DNA of 63,603 nucleotides, filler included, from Reclinomonas americana ATCC 50394 (taxonomy: Eukaryota): the NCBI GenBank assembly GCA_048213135.1. It is 3 parts of 2 records of this genome, joined end to end, with 100 filler letters (N's around TTAATTAATTAA, not from the genome) between each part and the next. Parts side by side here need not be neighbours in the genome. Positions count along the whole stretch, not along the records: positions 1 to 26,334 come from PS015025.1; 2 more parts are not named here. The stretch is one strand, 5' to 3'. Position numbers and translations under genes: made by a program. This document shows, in pieces, positions 1 through 12,666 of the stretch. Each line of letters starts with the position of its first letter. The first letter of the stretch is position 1. Below the pieces are notes generated by a model that saw only the letters and a program-made list of their open reading frames with translations, was not told the DNA's origin and did not search any database.

Positions 1-685
1 CCGGCGCGGCAGCCGTGGTAGCAGCAGGCGCAGTGGGCGTCTGCTTCTTTGGCGACACCTTGGTTACCGGCGGTGGTGCGGCTGGCGCTGCGGCTGGCGC
101 GGCAGCAGCAGCAGCCGGTGCCGTCTTGCCCGCCTTGCCGGCCTTGCCCGCTTTCTTGCCCTTGCTGCCAGTGGTCTTGACATAGGTGCCGGGCTGCAGT
201 TACACATGAGTCAACCACACACACACACACACACACACTTCTTATTTGTGTGAAACGAGCTTGGCTGGGTCCACACGCACCACCGTCGTGCGAATGATTT
301 CAAACAGCTCGTCCTCGTTGAGAACCGGCAGACCACGAGTGCGCGCCTCGTGGATCTTCTTCTCGCCGGCATCGTCACCAGCCACGACAAATGTCGTCTT
401 GCCATTGACGGCATCGCGCACCAGTCTGTTGTGTTGAACGTGTGACACAAATGCACGTCAGCGAGACAGTCAATCCAGCAGCGGCGACGAGATCAGCGAA
501 CGCACCCTCCATAGCGCTTGATCAAATCCTGTGCCTCGTCTCGCCACAACGACGGCAACACACCGGTGACGCACACCACGGCACCCTCCAAGCAATTCGG
601 CTGCCCCGCAGGCGGTGGCGGCTTCACACCAGCCAGCGGCGGCGGCTTGTTCGCACCACCACCATCCCTGTTGCGCAACCATGAA

Positions 686-724
<39 letters not shown>

Positions 725-1769
725 TTGATTCTCCGCTCTGCAGACAACTCCACGAACCATCGCTTGGCGAACTTCTTCGGCTCCGCCNNNNNNNNNNNNN
801 NNNNNNNAAGCGCGCAGCAGCCGCACCTCCCTCCGACGATGCCTCCGCGCCTCCAGTCAAGAAGCAGAAGCCACAAAAGAAGAAGCGTGTGATCCGCCTT
901 GACGCGCCCTCCTCCTCGTCGTCATCCTCCGACGTGGAAGAGATTGAGGAGGATGTGGTCGTTGTCGCCAAGTCGGAGAAGGCGTCGGCGGGTCGATTGA
1001 GTGGCAAGTTGCGTGTGCGCTCCTCGCTGTGTGTGCGGTCTCCGTGCGACTGGCGCTGAGAGAGACAGAGTGGAGTGCAGAGCGACTGTCAAGCGGCCGT
1101 TGACACCGGAGCCGGTGAAGTCGAGTGCGGATGAGCCGCCGGTGAAGAAGGCCAAGGCCGGTCCTGCTGTCACTGCGGCTGCTGCTGCTGCCACTGCTGC
1201 TGCTGCGCCGATTGATGTGGATGGTGATGGTGGTGATGGGGCGGCTGCNNNNNNNNNNNNNNNNNNNNNNNNNNNNNNNNNNNNNNNNNNNNNNNNNNNN
1301 NNNNNNNNNNNNNNNNNNNNNNNNNNNNNNNNNNNNNNNNNNNNNNNNNNNNNNNNNNNNNNNNNNNNNNNNNNNNNNNNNNNNNNNNNNNNNNNNNNNN
1401 NNNNNNNNNNNNNNNNNNNNNNNNNNNNNNNNNNNNNNNNNNNNNNNNNNNNNNNNNNNNNNNNNNNNNNNNNNNNNNNNNNNNNNNNNNNNNNCTTTTG
1501 CGCGGTCGGCTTTTGCGGGCCTGCTGTTGCGTAAGCAGAGGCCGCCACAAAGTCGTCCTCGTCGTCGTCGTCCACAAGCTGCATGTGTGCGCTTTGTGTA
1601 AGTGCACACAAACATGCAAACACAGAGGAGAGAGTGAGAGAGAGAATGTCAGGCGCGCAACGGCTTTGCGTTTGATGCCTCCTCCTCCTCCTCCTCCTCC
1701 TCCTCCTGCTGCTGCTGCAGAGGAAGAAGAGGAAGAGCCCTTCTTGGCAAAGTAGTTGAGAAGGCTCAT
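1..1769 (-). CDS. RFC1: Replication factor C subunit 1, 5' part with BRCT domain (runs off window; segment 808-1248 lies inverted on + strand)
   Basis: MSLLNYFAKK start, basic low-complexity N-terminus, then spliced BRCT motif PPPAGQPNCLEGAVVCVTGVLPSLWRDEAQDLIKRYGG|RLVRDAVNGKTTFVVAGDDAGEKKIHEA...LNEDELFEII typical of RFC1; AAA+ domain lies outside the window. Confidence 0.8.
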
Positions 1770-1938
1770 CGCGAAGGGTTTCCTATGTTTTGGCGGTCGA
1801 TGTGTGCTCGCGTCCGCTCTGTCCTGGGTCGCATGCCGTTAAGATGGGTTTTTGCGCCATTTGGCGAGAGAAAAAAGCAATTTTGGTGTTTTTTGTTCTT
1901 GCGCACGCCACATCCGCCTCACACACTCAGCCACTCTC

Positions 1939-4900
1939 ATGGACAAGCTATTTGAGTGGTACGACAACCTCGCCAAGGTGGCCTTTCTCGATGAGGACCC
2001 CACTCCCGATCTCGAGCAGGTGTGCTTGTCTCTCTCTCTCTCCGAGAGTGTGCAACTTGCGCCCTCTCACGCACTCTCTCGCGTGTGCACAGCTGTGTCA
2101 CGACCGAGGCATTGCCACCTTCACCGACCCCGTGTTCCCTCCGTACAACGAGTCACTGAGTCGCGATGAGTCCTCTCCACTACATGGCACGTGCCAATGT
2201 GGGCGCATTGGTTGTGTGTGTTTCCTCTTCCATGTGTGCTCATGGTTTCTCTTTTTGTGTGTGTGTGTGCGTAGAGGACTGTGCGCGATGGATTCGTGCG
2301 AGCGAGCTGACGGATGAGCATGGCGATCCGCTGACTGTGCTCGGAAATGTGCCCACGTCACACCAGCAAATCTATCAGAATCGAGTGGACTCGGGCGAGT
2401 TCTCCACTTTCCTCACAGGTCAGTGAGCGCACAAGCGGGCAGGCAGGGGCGAGAGAGATGTCACGGGGTGTTGCATGGTGGTTCCGAAGCGGAGGATGAG
2501 CGTTGTCTTTCTTGTGACTGCACTTGCCACTCGGAAGCCGCGAGTGCAATACTTGTTTTCGTGGGGTGGAATGTGTGGTGGATGCAGTGAGGCTGTGTGA
2601 GAGAAAAGGGGAGTGTGTGTGTGTGTGCACCCAATGGGGTGAAGTGCCCGCCGAATGGCATGAGCGAACAGCATCGGAAGAACTCGTCTCGCGTGACACT
2701 GACCACATCATGCCGTTGTGTGTGTGTGCGCGCGTGTTGCATTACAGCGTTGGCCGGTGATGGAACGCGGTTGCAGCAAATGATCTCATGCCCCTCCGAC
2801 GGCTCGCTCGGCTTGTTGCGTGTCGTGACGGTGTTTGTGTGTTTGTGTGTGTGTGCAAAATCCACTTGCGATTGACTGACTGATGTTGTTGCAGTTACAC
2901 TGTGCGATTCTTTGTTGGCGGTCGCCCGTGCTACGTGGTGATTGACGACGAGTTCCCCGTGGACGAAGACGGCACCCCCGTGTCACTCTACTCTGGTGCG
3001 ACTGTCCATTCTTGCTCCACTTCTCGCTTCGCGAGCTCACCTGTTTCTCTGCAGAACACGCACTGTGGCCGATGATCCTGGAAAAGGCGTACAGCAAGTT
3101 GTGCGGCCACTATGACGCCTTGCGTGTATCCTTTGAGGGCCAGTCGCCAGCCTCCTCCACCAGACATCAGTTGTACGCTGGTGAGTTCCCTCGTAATATC
3201 GTTGACGCGACGCACAGAAAACCAACATCACCACACAGAGCACGTTCCAGTGCCGGCCGGAACGCTGACCGTGTTTGATTTCGTGCGCGACTTTACCGGC
3301 TTGCCGCATCACGACCTGTTGCGTTGTGTTTTCGGTTGCTTGTGAGTCTCTCGTTGCGCTGAGCTTACAGACTTTCGTCCACCGACAGCAAGCTGAGCAT
3401 GGACCAGCTGGACGAGTGCTACGCGGCGCTGGAGGGCATTCTTGAGGCTGGGTGCGTTGCACATCATAATAACCTTCATCGTGCTGCATGCTGACGATGA
3501 TTCGTACAGCGGCGTGATTCTCGCGCACTGGCGCGATCCGACGCAAGAAGAGATTGAGGACAACAACGAGCCACCGTTTGACGAGGTGAATTCGAGCGAC
3601 TTGCAAAACGCAGTGCATTGCGTGCCTCTCAACATTAGCTGCACAGGGCTGGGGGTGCGTAACGCGCATGTATCGTGTCCGTGGGGTGCACGCCATTCTG
3701 CATGTGGTGCCGTTTACATCCAACAGACGTGCGTACATTCTAGTCGCTCCTTGCACCGCGATGCTTTGCCTGACCGCCGCACGAATTGCTGTAGCATTCG
3801 AGGGCAAGTGGTACGCCGAGTCCATGCTGTGGGGAGACTTCCCAAAGGAGAGAGCGCTGCTGGCCGTGGGCAGTGACGATCAGGGTGTGTGGATGGAGAT
3901 GGACGAGGTGGCCACGTATTGCGACAAGCTGTTGGTGGCCGCCGAAGCCACACAGGAGATGCCACACAAGGTGGCAGTGTCGGTGAGTGGCTGTAGGGAA
4001 CGAGAATGGACGGAGACAAGGGAGGGTGTGCTGAATGGCGATGATCGGGCAGGGTTACAACACGGGCGACCTGGTGCACGAGACTGAGGCGCAGTACTTT
4101 TTGCAACTATCCGAGGCACTCGACAACGTTCCTGTGCACTTCAGTCTTCTGGGCGGCGACCAGCGCTTCAACATGCGACAGCAACTGCGTGTCTGGCGGT
4201 TGCCAAATGGTGAGTTTCTTTCGGTGCAAGAAAAAACTCCGTGCTGTGTTCTCACCTGTGCGCGCAGCATCTCGGCATCAAGTGCACAGCTTCGATGCGC
4301 TGGAGGAGGTGACACACATGGCCATGCAAGGTACAATGGCGCACGTGCATGGTTTACCTTTCAAGAATACTTTATTCTCACACGTCGAGCAGACGGCCTT
4401 CCGGGCGGCAACTTCCTGGTCGTGCCGTTCATCTCGTCTCCATTCACACAATTCCGCCTCGTGGTGGCGTCGGCGGCTCCATTTAAGATACACTCCCGCT
4501 TGTGTGCTCTCGGTCATTGTGCTACCATTGTGTACCCACAAGCATTCTTTTTTCTTTCGCTTGCGTACTTCTCAGCATTGACGGACGAGGCGGTGGAGGA
4601 GCTGAGGGGGCACTTTGCTGGAGCTGAGTTGCAGGGAGGGCGATTGAAGGCCGTCAACACGCACCGTCTGTTCCATCGCATGGGTGCGTTCACCAAGAGC
4701 AGGCCCTTTTCTTTCCCCCAGCCTCCCCTCATGAGAAATTGCAGGTCAATTCATCACCGACCGCGAGTTCCGTGCGCTGCTGAAGAGTAGCGACCTGACG
4801 GGTGTTGAGCTGCTGGATTTCGACGAAGTGGTGGTGCTCGTCTCCAGTTTCTGGATGGTGCGTTGGCGGAGATGTCGTGCAAGTGTGGGGCGGCGTCTCA

Positions 4901-5204
4901 CTCGATTTTCTCTTCGCAGGCCGAGTCGGCCAAGCGCAACCTCCTCCAACAATCGTTCCGCACCATTGACAAAGAGGGCAGTGGAGTGGTGCGCGCACAA
5001 GAGCTGAAGGTGCTCTTCAAGTCGCAAAAGAAGGCACCACCCAGCTCTGAGGTTTGTGGAGAGAACCCATCGGCGTCAACTCCTTATCTCTCCTCTGACC
5101 CTTGCCTGATGTCGCCGCAGATCGACCAGCTGATTGCCGAAGCCGATAAGAACGGCGACGGGCGAATCGTGTACGACGACTACATCCACAGCATCCTCAA
5201 GTGA
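1939..5204 (+). CDS. Calpain-like protein (CysPc + domain III + C-terminal EF-hands), multi-exon, probably catalytically inactive
   Basis: FTDPVFPP, WIRASEL, YTVRFF..VVIDDEFP, LWPMILEKAYSKLCGHYDAL, DFTG, FEGKWYAESMLW, GVWMEMDEV, LPGGNFLVVP; EF-hand loops DKEGSGVVRAQE and DKNGDGRIVYDD. Confidence 0.85.
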
Positions 5205-5300
5205 GTGAGCTGTGCCGTGCGGGCGGGCGACACAGGAGCGAGCGAAAAATGCAGTGAGGGGAGGGTCAAGTGCGTAAAAAATAGCGATAATCCGTCATGT

Positions 5301-7358
5301 TCATCTGCTGTCGTCGCGCTTCTTGTGCTGGTCGATAAAGTCGGAGCACAGGCGCTCGTACTCGTCGCCATACTTGAGCAGATGCATGACGTGCGCCGAC
5401 TCCTCAAACACGTGCTGTGTGTGCAAGTTGAGTGAGGGGGAAAGAACACGCAACCTGCACGTCACGCATACCTCGGTGACCTCTGCTCCCTTCTTGCTCT
5501 GCAGCGCTCGCACCACTGGTCTGATTGTTGTGGGTGGAATTAGCTTGTCGCCATTCGAGTACAGGAACAGCGTTGGAGAGCGGCTCTGCATGTCACACAT
5601 GAGATGATGATGATGATGATGTAAGAGGAGAGGCGTGCACTCCCACAAATAAACCTCAGTGACGAATCGCCGCATGCGACGCCACCGCACCGGCCCATCA
5701 ACCATCTCCGACACAAAGCTGCCGGGGATCAACACAAACGGCGACCAGAACCAATGAAACATCTGCGGCCGGTTGAGGAAGCTGGAGACGGCGGCGGCCG
5801 CCGACCCCACCGCGCGATACGCCGACGCCGTCAGTCGCCACCACAACGACGGATCCGTNNNNNNNNNNNNNNNNNNNNGCCATCACTCGGCGGCAATCGC
5901 GTGGCAGGCGCCGAGTCCACCATCACACCGAGCACCTTGGACTCGGCACGTCGCGCCTCCAGCATCTCCTGCGTCTTGGTCCACAGAAACACACCTTGCA
6001 TGCAGATGAACATGCATGCAAGAGTCGCGCAAAATCGCCGCCCTCCGCGCAGCGCAGCCACTCACCATTGTTGGAGAACGCATGCACAAACACACTCGCA
6101 CGCGGCGACACAGCAGCCACTTGCTCCGCAATCACCTCCGCCTGCGTCGCCACCAGCTTCTCATCACTGCACGCACGTGAGAGAGCAACACATGCACACG
6201 GTAGCAGCAACATGAAAAAGACGCAACGCCCAGTTGCCAATGCACGCCACCACCTCCCGCCCTTGCCTCGCATGCATCTCCACCGCACGCCGCAGTTGTC
6301 NNNNNNNNNNNNNNNNNNNNNNNNNNNNNNNNNNNNNNNNNNNNNNNNNNNNNNNNNNNNNNNNNNNNNNNNNNNNNNNNNNNNNNNNNNNNNNNNNNNN
6401 NNNNNNNNNNNNNNNNNNNNNNNNNNNNNNNNNNNNNNNNNNNNNNNNNNNNNNNNNNNNNNNNNNNNNNNNNNNNNNNNNNNNNNNNNNNNNNNNNNNN
6501 NNNNNNNNNNNNNNNNNNNNNNNNNNNNNNNNNNNNNNNNNNNNNNNNNNNNNNNNNNNNNNNNNNNNNNNNNNNNNNNNNNNNNNNNNNNNNNNNNNNN
6601 NNNNNNNNNNNNNNNNNNNNNNNNNNNNNNNNNNNNNNNNNNNNNNNNNNNNNNNNNNNNNNNNNNNNNNNNNNNNNNNNNNNNNNNNNNNNNNNNNNNN
6701 NNNNNNNNNNNNNNNNNNNNNNNNNNNNNNNNNNNNNNNNNNNNNNNNNNNNNNNNNNNNNNNNNNNNNNNNNNNNNNNNNNNNNNNNNNNNNNNNNNNN
6801 NNNNNNNNNNNNNNNNNNNNNNNNNNNNNNNNNNNNNNNNNNNNNNNNNNNNNNNNNNNNNNNNNNNNNNNNNNNNNNNNNNNNNNNNNNNNNNNNNNNN
6901 NNNNNNNNNNNNNNNNNNNNNNNNNNNNNNNNNNNNNNNNNNNNNNNNNNNNNNNNNNNNNNNNNNNNNNNNNNNNNNNNNNNNNNNNNNNNNNNNNNNN
7001 NNNNNNNNNNNNNNNNNNNNNNNNNNNNNNNNNNNNNNNNNNNNNNNNNNNNNNTCCACGACGCTCCTTTCTCACACACACACGCAGTCATCAACACTGA
7101 TGCAGCAACGACAGGAAGCGACACTGATGCACCTCCCCATCCCATCACCGCCACCAACACCGCCGCCTGTCTCTGCTGCTGCTGCGTGCTCGAGAGGCGA
7201 TAGACACCGCGTCGCACGAGTTGCGCATGCGGCAAAACGGCTTTCACTGTAGCCTCGCGGTCGTCCACGCGAAACGCCTTTTGGTACATGCGGTATACGG
7301 TGACGCAGTAGGCGAGAAGCACTGCCGGCGACGAAGACAACAAAAGCGCGGCAAACAT
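5301..7358 (-). CDS. TMEM53: TMEM53/DUF829-family alpha/beta-hydrolase-fold protein
   Basis: VMGWGGASWRQL, VFVHAFSNNG, GVMVDSAP, TLFLYSNGDKLIP, FEESAHVMHLLKYGDEY motifs in spliced exons. Confidence 0.8.
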
Positions 7359-7448
7359 TGAAGAAACGAGAGACAAATGAAGAGAGAGCCGCGCAATTTC
7401 ACTTTTCGGCGGTGCCTTTTTTGTTGTTGTTGTTTTCGTGTGAGTGGA

Positions 7449-7773
7449 ATGAGTGAAGAAGTGACTGCGGGAGGAGGAGGAGGAGTGCCACCGCCTCCGT
7501 CGATTGATCCTCCGCCGCCGCCGCTTCAAGCGGTGGCGTTTGAGCAGAAGCGGAAGTCGTCGACGCTGCGAATGTCAAAGTTTACGCTGTCGGTGAGCGA
7601 GAGAGAACGAAGGAGGTGTGTGTGTGAGAGAGAGTCAAGTGTGCTTACTGTGTGTGTGAGTAATAGGATGCTGATCCAGCGTCGGCGCCCTCGAACCTCA
7701 AACAAGAGGCGTTCTCTGCGCACACTATCGCTCTCGAGCAACCGGTGAGTCACTTGCTCTCACACAACACGCA

Positions 7774-7823
<50 letters not shown>

Positions 7824-10800
7824 AGAANNNNNNNNNNNNNNNNNNNNNNNNNNNNNNNNNNNNNNNNNNNNNNNNNNNNNNNNNNNNNNNNNNNNNNNNN
7901 NNNNNNNNNNNNNNNNNNNNNNNNNNNNNNNNNNNNNNNNNNNNNNNNNNNNNNNNNNNNNNNNNNNNNNNNNNNNNNNNNNNNNNNNNNNNNNNNNNNN
8001 NNNNNNNNNNNNNNNNNNNNNNNNNNNNNNNNNNNNNNNNNNNNNNNNNNNNNNNNNNNNNNNNNNNNNNNNNNNNNNNNNNNNNNNNNNNNNNNNNNNN
8101 NNNNNNNNNNNNNNNNNNNNNNNNNNNNNNNNNNNNNNNNNNNNNNNNNNNNNNNNNNNNNNNNNNNNNNNNNNNNNNNNNNNNNNNNNNNNNNNNNNNN
8201 NNNNNNNNNNNNNNNNNNNNNNNNNNNNNNNNNNNNNNNNNNNNNNNNNNNNNGAGAGAGAGAGAGTGGAACAAAAGCGATCTGATCTCATGATCGCTCT
8301 GTCTTCCTTTCTTCTTCCCTCTCTTCTCTCACTTCCCTCTCTTCTCTGCCTCTCACACGTACACAAGCATGCACTGTCACTCATCACTCTCTCTCGCACG
8401 TACACGAGCATACAGCTCATTCGTATGCCCACACACACCACTCTTGATCGCTCACTCTCCTCTCCCTTCCTCCCTCCCTTCCCTTCCTTCCCTCTCCTCC
8501 CTTCCTTCTCTCCCTTCCCTCCCTCTCCCTCTCCCTCGCAGGTCGCCCTGCGCCCGGATTACGAGAACAAGGGTCACGAGTTGTATGATCGCGGCCTGGT
8601 GGAGCTGCAGCACAAGGCGCACAAGGCCAAGGCGCGTGAGGAGGCGCGATTGAAGCAGGAGGAGGCGGCGATGCGTGCCAAGCCATCAGTGTCGCCTCGT
8701 GCGCGCAATCATCGCAACGGGCAGACGTTTGCCGACTACAATGCCACCTGGGTTCGTGGTGTCGCGAGGGAGGAAGAGCTATGTGTATGTGATGTGGGGG
8801 GCTGACTGTGGCCTGTGTAGAGGAGGGAGCGAGAGGAGAAGCTGGAGCGGGCTCGACTGGCTCGGGCGGCAGTGGAGCAGCGAGAGGAGACGTTCCGACC
8901 GCAGCTGTCGGAGCGCTCCAAGGAGCTGGCGACGCACGTGGAGCGTCCGGATATCTTTCGTCAGTGGGATGAACACGGCAGTGCGTTGTTGCTGTTTGTC
9001 TCTCTGTGTGTCTCTCTCTGCTGTTGCTGAGTAGTGGATGATTCGGCAGTGGTGTATTTTGAGAAGAAACAGGATCGGCCAGTGGATGGTGAGTTGTGCG
9101 GCGATGTGATGGGACTGACGGTGTTATGTGTCTCACCAAGCGTACGCAGCACCATTCACGCCCAACATTCACCCGCGGAGTGCCGACATGCAGCGACCCG
9201 GCAACATTCACGAGCGCCTCTACACACTGGGTGTGGAGAGGCAGACTCGAATTGAGCAGGTGAGAAAGGAAGGGAAGGCGGAGGGAAGGGATAGGAGAAG
9301 GAGATGATGAGGGAGACATTTGTTTGTGTGGGAGAAGTTGTATGCCCATGGGTTCCGAGCATGTCGTTGGCTGCGAGGAGAGTGAGAGAGTTGCTGGCAG
9401 TGTGGAAGACCAGAAGTTCTTGTGCTGTGGAGGATGGGAGAATCACTGTGCCAGTAGTTCAACTCTGGTTCACGATGACGCGAGTATGCGAGAGGCGCAG
9501 TGCAGGTCTACTTTGTCGATCGTCTCTAAGGTTGACATTGTTTGTGGCTTCCTCGTCTCGCTCTGCGAATCGTCCTGGTGGTCTCTCCTGTCCCTGGCAA
9601 CAGTTCCTTCACTCTTTGAATCTTCTCATTTTCCAAAGCCGGCGAAGGAATGGTTCATTGTTCCCTCCTCTCTCGCCTAGCTGTTCCTTGGTTCACTGTT
9701 TGAATCTTCTCATCTTTGAAGCAAACGATGGAAATCGTGCGTTGTTCCCCCCTGTCCCACTTGCTGTTCCTTGTCTCGCTCTGCGTCATCTCATTTCCGA
9801 AGGCTGACAATGGAAATGGTTCATTGCTCCCTCCTCTCGCCTTGCTGTTCTTTGTTTCGCTGGCTGACAATGGAAATGGTTAATTGCTCCCTCCTCCTCC
9901 GCCTTGCTATTCTTTATTCTCGCTCTGCGAACCGTCTCATTCTTAGAAGCTGACGAAGGAACGGTTCATTGTTCTCACGTTTCTCTCCTCCCCTTTCCCA
10001 CTCCCTCCCTTTTCCCGCACCCCGCAGCTCCACATGGACAAGCGAGAGCAAGAGGCCGTCCGCGGGCCACTCGACATCACCTCGGCGGTGGACCTGACGC
10101 TGCCGGCAGACGCGTTGAGCCACGATTCGCTGGACGGCTCAATCATATCGTACGACAGTCGGCGTAACGAGGAGCTTTATCAGCTTGGTGTGTATGTTCA
10201 CATCGTGTGTGTGTGTGTGCGCGCGCGCCGTACTCATCGTGTGTTGTCGCGTGCAGGCACGGAGAAGCTGCGCGAACGGTACGCCAGTTTGGAGTTCACC
10301 GAGGCCGAGCACTGTACATTTTCTCCAGAGACCAACGTGCACTCGGAACGCATCGCGCGGCGAGTTGCGTGAGGGTGCCGGTGGGGAGATTCTCTCTGCT
10401 TTCTGCTTCTTCTCATCAGTGCAACACAACAGCTCGCCCGCAAACCGCTCTACTCGCCTCGCTCACCTCCGGTGCCCGCGCAACTGGCTGCCTCGCCGTC
10501 GCCAACACAGCCGGCGTCACCGCGAGGCCTGTCGCGAGAGTTTGTGACGAGATACGAGAAGAGCGTTGCGTTGCATTCCTCTCTCGACTGTCTCCTCCAT
10601 TGCCANNNNNNNNNNNNNNNNNNNNNNNNNNNNNNNNNNNNNNNNNNNNNNNNNNNNNNNNNNNNNNNNNNNNNNNNNNNNNNNNNNNNNNNNNNNNNNN
10701 NNNNNNNNNNNNNNNNNNNNNNNNNNNNNNNNNNNNNNNNNNNNNNNNNNNNNNNNNNNNNNNNNNNNNNNNNNNNNNNNNNNNNNNNNNNNNNNNNNNN

Positions 10801-12373
10801 NNNNNNNNNNNNNNNNNNNNNNNNNNNNNNNNNNNNNNNNNNNNNNNNNNNNNNNNNNNNNNNNNNNNNNNNNNNNNNNNNNNNNNNNNNNNNNNNNNNN
10901 NNNNNNNNNNNNNNNNNNNNNNNNNNNNNNNNNNNNNNNNNNNNNNNNNNNNNNNNNNNNNNNNNNNNNNNNNNNNNNNNNNNNNNNNNNNNNNNNNNNN
11001 NNNNNNNNNNNNNNNNNNNNNNNNNNNNNNNNNNNNNNNNNNNNNNNNNNNNNNNNNNNNNNNNNNNNNNNNNNNNNNNNNNNNNNNNNNNNNNNNNNNN
11101 NNNNNNNNNNNNNNNNNNNNNNNNNNNNNNNNNNNNNNNNNNNNNNNGGATGCGCCAGCGAGAAGGCCAAGGGCACCTCACGCGACACGTGGCTGGCAGG
11201 TGCCAGATCCGGCGAGGGGCGCGGGGATGTCGGTTTATGCAGCTGCATTGAGAAGCATCAGAATTAGATTGTTATTGAATTGCAATTGGTGCGCCCGTTG
11301 GTTTCCGTGCACGACGAGCATCTTTCTTACCTTGGGTGCAAACAAACAGTTTCGCATATAAACGTCGTCTTCGTTGAACCGTTCACGGGCCTGCTGCTGC
11401 TGCAGCGCGAGTCGGGCCTCCACCGCACGTTCGTACATGGCATTGAGGGCGGCCACGGGCGACACATGCGATGAGGACACACTGCCGCCGTCGTCCGATG
11501 CCGATGCCGAGGTGCCGTTCGACGAGGGCGCACTGCGTCGGCTCAGCTCCACCGATTTCTTGCACAAACGCGGTGCAAATGTGCACTCCTCGGCCACCTT
11601 GGCCTCCTGTGCCTCACGCATGGCGGTGACCTTTTTCTCCTTCTTGGCCATCTGTGGCATGCACAGGCGGTGTGAGGNNNNNNNNNNNNNNNNNNNNNNN
11701 NNNNNNNNNNNNNNNNNNNNNNNNNNNNNNGGGCCCGGGCGCCTCCTCAGTGTCATCCTCGTCGCCGACGCCGTCTGTCGATGAGTCGCGCACGAACGAG
11801 GCGCTGAGCAAGATCGAACAGTACCTGGTGCAGCAGAGTCGCACACCGCGAACTCTCCTGGCGCGGTCGCCGCCCCCTCCTCCTCCCGCTCCCCAATCAG
11901 CCGCATCACCGCCACCACCACCACCACTGCCCGGACCTGCAGCATTCTCGTCGGCCGCATCGATCCGCAGCCAGTTCTCGCCGCCACGCGTGCTCTCCGA
12001 GGACGCCAACTCCATCCTCAGTGCCATCTCGCTGCGCGACATTCTCATGACGCCTACATCGGGCTCCGCCGCGCCCGCCTCCTTCATCCCAACTCCGACC
12101 ACGCTGCGACGTTCGCCTCCAGCGTCCACGACTGCACCCGTGTCGCGCACACTCCAACAGTCACCGCGACCGCTGTTCCCCGTCGACTCGGGTGACTCGC
12201 CACACAGCAGCAGGTCACCACCGCCACCACCGCCACCAGCACGTCCGATATTGACCAGGACGTCTCCGCCCAGCAGCAGCACCGTGGAAGTGGCCGAGTC
12301 CGACGGCGCCACTCGCGGCGACTCGCTAGACGACTACCTGGCCAATGTCACCATGCGATATCTGAAGGCTTGA
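7449..12373 (+). CDS. Hypothetical coiled-coil protein with repeated (C)TFxP motifs and Pro/Ser-rich C-terminus (segment 11148-11677 inverted)
   Basis: Exons carry ETFRPQLS, PFTPNIH, HCTFSPETN, ECTFAPRL, NCLFAPK separated by E/R/K-rich helices; GT-AG introns; frame joins across the flipped segment. Confidence 0.6.
9310..9555 (-). mobile_element. Degenerate Ty1/Copia RNase H relic inside an intron
   Basis: Minus-strand frame DEEATNNVNLRDDRQSRPALRLSHTRVIVNQS*TTGTVILPSSTAQELLVFHTAS...MLGTHGHTTSPT keeps the Copia DRxSx...SSTEAE(Y/L) spacing exactly; contains an in-frame stop. Confidence 0.5.
9600..9975. repeat. Degenerate intronic tandem repeat, ~5 copies of a ~60-83 nt unit
   Basis: Recurrent gttcctt...ctcat...gga(a)atggttcattg(t/c)tccctcctc...gc(c/t)t(t/a)gct units. 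Confidence 0.8.
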
Positions 12374-12666
12374 AATGAAAGCGTCGAACGTAAATGGTCA
12401 ATTCGTTTGGCGGTTTTAAACAACCAGTCCGTCCGAAACCTCATTTCACCCCAAGCGCAAGACAAGGCAATCAAGACCAGTGAACGCGCGTGCCACGCAC
12501 TTTTCACCCTCTCTCTCGCTGGTTTTCGCAGTGACTCACACAGAGGTGAGTGTGGATCCGTGTGTGCGCGTGTGCGCGCGTGACAACGAGCGTGTACGAG
12601 AATCGCACATTCAGACCGTTTTTCATTCGTGCACGCACAGCGTGAGAGAGAGATGGGTGCGTGTGG

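Noticed and set aside
2497..2575. Calpain-intron stretch reading FLVTALATRKPRVQYLF, resembling an alternative exon, with a small hairpin
   Set aside because: No AG acceptor in the required phase; probably coincidental.
3126..3134. GTATCCTTT, a perfect U12-type 5' splice site consensus in the calpain gene
   Set aside because: No TCCTTAAC branch site follows, and a normal gtgagt...cag intron just downstream keeps the frame.
5923..7252. Long ORF-track entries made mostly of X (here and at other gaps)
   Set aside because: They only run through N gaps and carry no information.
9600..9975. CRISPR-like array
   Set aside because: Units are homologous along their whole length with no unique spacers; eukaryotic intron and no cas genes.
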